DNA of 63,459 nt, counting the filler, from Pelomyxa schiedti (lineage: Eukaryota > Protista > Evosea), in assembly GCA_020536535.1 (NCBI GenBank). It is 10 parts of 10 records of this genome, joined end to end, with 100 filler letters (N's around TTAATTAATTAA, not from the genome) between each part and the next. Parts side by side here need not be neighbours in the genome. Positions count along the whole stretch, not along the records: positions 52,920 to 62,304 come from JAHLWZ010001295.1; positions 62,405 to 63,459 come from JAHLWZ010002918.1; 8 more parts are not named here. One strand, 5' to 3'. Below are positions 60,250 to 63,459 of the stretch, one piece after another (the first letter of the stretch is position 1; the number at the start of each line of letters is the position of its first letter). The notes beneath the pieces are model-generated. The model was not told where the DNA came from, did no database searches, and saw nothing but the letters and a program-made list of their open reading frames with translations. The position numbers and the translations under genes are program-made.

Positions 60250-62157
60250 TTACAACCCTGTTCCCACTTCATCACTCTGTGGATGGAGATATGCCTCAAG
60301 TTTGTCCACTGCAGTTTGCAAAGACACACCAGCCAGCCTGTACCACCTCACTGCCTCCCTCACGTCCACTGTTGTCCCTCCCCTGCCTTCCTCGTACACC
60401 TTGCCAAGGCTCTCGCAGGCGTCCTGGGCAGTGGCCTGGTCGTTCTGTGACAGCTGGGCCTTGTAGAACAGCTCCATTGCCTCGCGTGTGGTGCCGGGTA
60501 TCAACCCCTCTATAGTCAGTTCGCCTAGAACCCAGGCAGCATACAGGCACTGGTTCCAGCGGTCCTTCTTCAAAGCAAGCCGCAAATGGTGGGCCACTTG
60601 GGTGAAGTCAGTTGGAGTGGCACTGGTGCCCACAATGTACATCGCGGCGAGCTTCATGTGGGCCTGCGCAATGCCGCCTTCCGATGCTTGTTGGTACAGC
60701 CTAAAGGCTTCAGCTTTGTCCTGTTCAACTCCAGTCCCCTCGGAATAGCATATTGCCAGGTGGTACTGGGCAAGGTGGTTCCCGGCATTAGCGGCCTCTG
60801 ACAGGAACTTAACAGCCAAGTGGTAGTTTTGTTCCACAATAAGTCCTTCCAAGAGAAGGATTCCGAGCATGTAATGTAATTCTGCATGCCCTTGAGCAGC
60901 GGACAGCTTTAACAGGCGCAAAACCTCTGCATCGTTTTTCTGCGCCAAGTTGATGCCACTGTAGTGGGCTTGTGCTAGAAGGAACTGTCCTATTGGCAAG
61001 CCTTGGTCAGTGGCAGACTTGATCAACCTGAACAACTCTTCATCACTACACTTTTGCCTCGAGGCTATCACAAATTGGCACGCTGCATGTCCTTGTTCTA
61101 CTCCACTTTGAAGAAGCCTGAGACCCTCCACAGGGTTCAGTGGTTGCCCATTCAAGCCTTGAAGGGTCATTTTCCCCAACCTAAACAGCGCTGGGCAGTA
61201 TCTCTGTGATGCAGCCCTGTGCAGATAATCTATGGATTTTTCTCCCTGAACACGCCATAGCCTGTACTGTGCCCTTTGGTCACCGCCATCAGCTGCAATC
61301 TTGATGTGCTCGAGACTCTTGGCTTCATCAGTGAATGGCCATGGACCATACCTCTTTGAGAGTGCAACTCCAAGCAAGAAGTGTGCCAAATTGTTCAAGT
61401 TTGATTTGTTTCCTCCCGGCTCCGAACTTACAGTTGAGGTGGATCCATCACCTACTACTTAGGAGAGAATGTCAAAACCAACCCTTATTACAAAATACAA
61501 ATTGTTCAATTCAAGAAAAACAGGGGAAAAAAGCAAACCTGCAACTTGAGTAGAAGTAGTAGCAATTACACATTCCAGGAACTCCAGCATCCATAACTGC
61601 ACCCATAATGGATAGAGCTTCGCATTTTCCATCACCCTTTTACTGGTCACAGCCACGTCCAACGGCCACAATGGCTGCAGGAGCCTGGGATCAGTCCGGA
61701 CCAAAAACAGCCACGCAATTTGCCCAAGTGCCGATGACGGGGCAGGTAATTCCTCACAGCCGGAATCACAACCCGTGCCTTCGCAGAGCCGATTATGGGT
61801 CACGAGAATACGGTGCTCGACGTGGCGTTGCAGTTTCAGTTCATAATCCCCTCCCCCGATTGCGTCACCGCGGTCGGCGCCGCAGTTGCTTTCGCCGCCA
61901 GTTGCCGCAGCACGGGCCGTCTCGCCGAGGGCGCGACGAACGGCACTGGGGACGAGGAGGGACAGGGACAAGAGGTAGGCCCTCGCGCAGTCGCCCTCGG
62001 CGAACGCGCTCAGGCACCCGTTGGCCGCAGCCACCAGCTCGCCGGTGGTCGCTGATGTGCGGGCCCGCTTCGCGCGTGGCGGCGCCGCGCCGTGAGCTTC
62101 GGCCTGTTGTAGTGGCTCATTGGTCTCGTCGACGCCTTCGTCCGGGTGTTGCGACAT
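60250..62157 (-). CDS. Sel1-like repeat protein
   Basis: Repeated A.Y.LG/LA..Y..G.G V.Q...EA..LY..A units (e.g. AQYHLAICYSEGTGVEQDKAEAFRLYQQASEGG); GC-rich first exon from the ATG at 62157. Confidence 0.85.
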
Positions 62158-62571
62158 TGCGGTGCCCTCCTGCCTTTTTTTTTGTTACACGGGTGAACAA
62201 TAAAATGCGAAAAGAGGGATCTTGTACAGCGTACAGGGACGCGGGTTTGGTTGATGTCCAGGTTGATGTCCTGGTTGATGTGTCTGCACCTACGTCTCTG
62301 ATATNNNNNNNNNNNNNNNNNNNNNNNNNNNNNNNNNNNNNNNNNNNNTTAATTAATTAANNNNNNNNNNNNNNNNNNNNNNNNNNNNNNNNNNNNNNNN
62401 NNNNTAAGGGAAGAAGGGCTTTCATCTGTTTCCAGGTTTGAAGTCAGGATGGTTTGTGTAAGACTCCACGGAAACTCTGTTGTAGATCTGCTCTCTGATT
62501 GCGTTTCTCATTCTGTATACATTCCATTCTTTCCTTTCAATGTGACAAATATGCAATAGGGACGCAGCCCA

Positions 62572-63459
62572 GTGAGCGTAGAACAGACAGATGGTGTAAC
62601 CCACTTGCGTGGCACTGTAGAAGCTTTGCTGACGCAACCGTACCATGTGTTTGATGTTCTGGCTAAAGCACACTCTGCTGATGCCTTGCAACGCGCCTCT
62701 GGAAATACAGCGGCTTCTTCATCATTACGCTCAAGCAGGGGTTTGAACATTCCCCGCAGTGATGAAATTGCACCCTCCGACGGTGACACTGCTGTTCAAG
62801 TAATTTTAAGTGAGATCGGGCGAGGAGAAGTAGCAAGCATCTTTCTCATTGCTCTGAACTCTGGTGGTGATTGCTTGACGACTGCTGCTAACACTGCCTC
62901 CAAAGATATAGTCCAGGGTCTCATTACATTGCCAATTTCTATACCAACAACCAAACTCACTTCCCAGCTGATATACCATAGGTTTCTATCCCTCCTTCCT
63001 AATACCAACAAATCAATATCTCTCAAAGGATTTCTGAAGATTCTGTAATTTGTGTACTGTCAAATATTTCCTGCAGTAAGACGAAACTCAAACTTAGTAA
63101 AGAGATTTTACAGATTCTCTCAACAAGATGTGCAAATGTATTTTGTTCCCCTCCCTCCTTTTTTATTTGTTAACAACAACCAGGAACCTTTGTATGGCTC
63201 TATTGCTTTTCATTAATTCCTGTTCTGATTCCTCTTAGAGTGCCATTAAGAACCCCTGCACACTCAAAAAAAGTGTGGTGGGCAGCAGATGAAAGAAATG
63301 AACCACCCACGTTGGATGAAGAATCTGCAACTGAAACAACGGAATTTGAGGAAATTCCTCCACTTACTGTTGAAGACCTGCAACAAAAGTTGGACGAGAT
63401 GGTTCACATAAACATATTTCCTTAAGAGAATAACAAAATCCAGACAGAACATCATCACA
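62572..63459 (+). CDS. Internal exons of an unidentified protein (open at both ends)
   Basis: 158-codon open frame plus exon-like segments with GT/AG borders. No motif recognised. Confidence 0.4.

Overview
Eukaryotic, intron-rich draft scaffold with short GT-AG introns (about 33-60 nt), GC-rich first exons and many N gaps, several carrying an artificial TTAATTAATTAA linker. The gene content and style suggest a free-living amoebozoan such as Pelomyxa (inference, not verified). Conserved genes are SF3A3/Prp9, an Atg18/WIPI 5' end, a dynamin-related protein, an MBOAT acyltransferase, an M20 amidohydrolase, a papain-family protein, STI1/HOP and a Sel1-repeat protein. They are interleaved with a fast-evolving, ubiquitin-centred accessory set: a RING-B-box-coiled-coil-filamin-SPRY (TRIM-like) gene, a MORN-RING gene, a multi-CUE gene, a LRR-Roc-COR-RING2-kinase gene with degenerate catalytic motifs, and five whole or partial copies of an N-myristoylation-motif ankyrin plus C-terminal F-box family. 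Mobile and repeat DNA includes a 5'-truncated L1/Tx1-like retrotransposon, a frameshifted Transib/RAG1-like transposase relic, a ~480 bp foldback element and a dispersed twin-hairpin element. Best leads: the ANK-F-box birth-and-death family, the Roco-RING2 pseudoenzyme, a papain with Cys25->Ser, and the RAG1/Transib-like relic. All gene models were spliced by eye.
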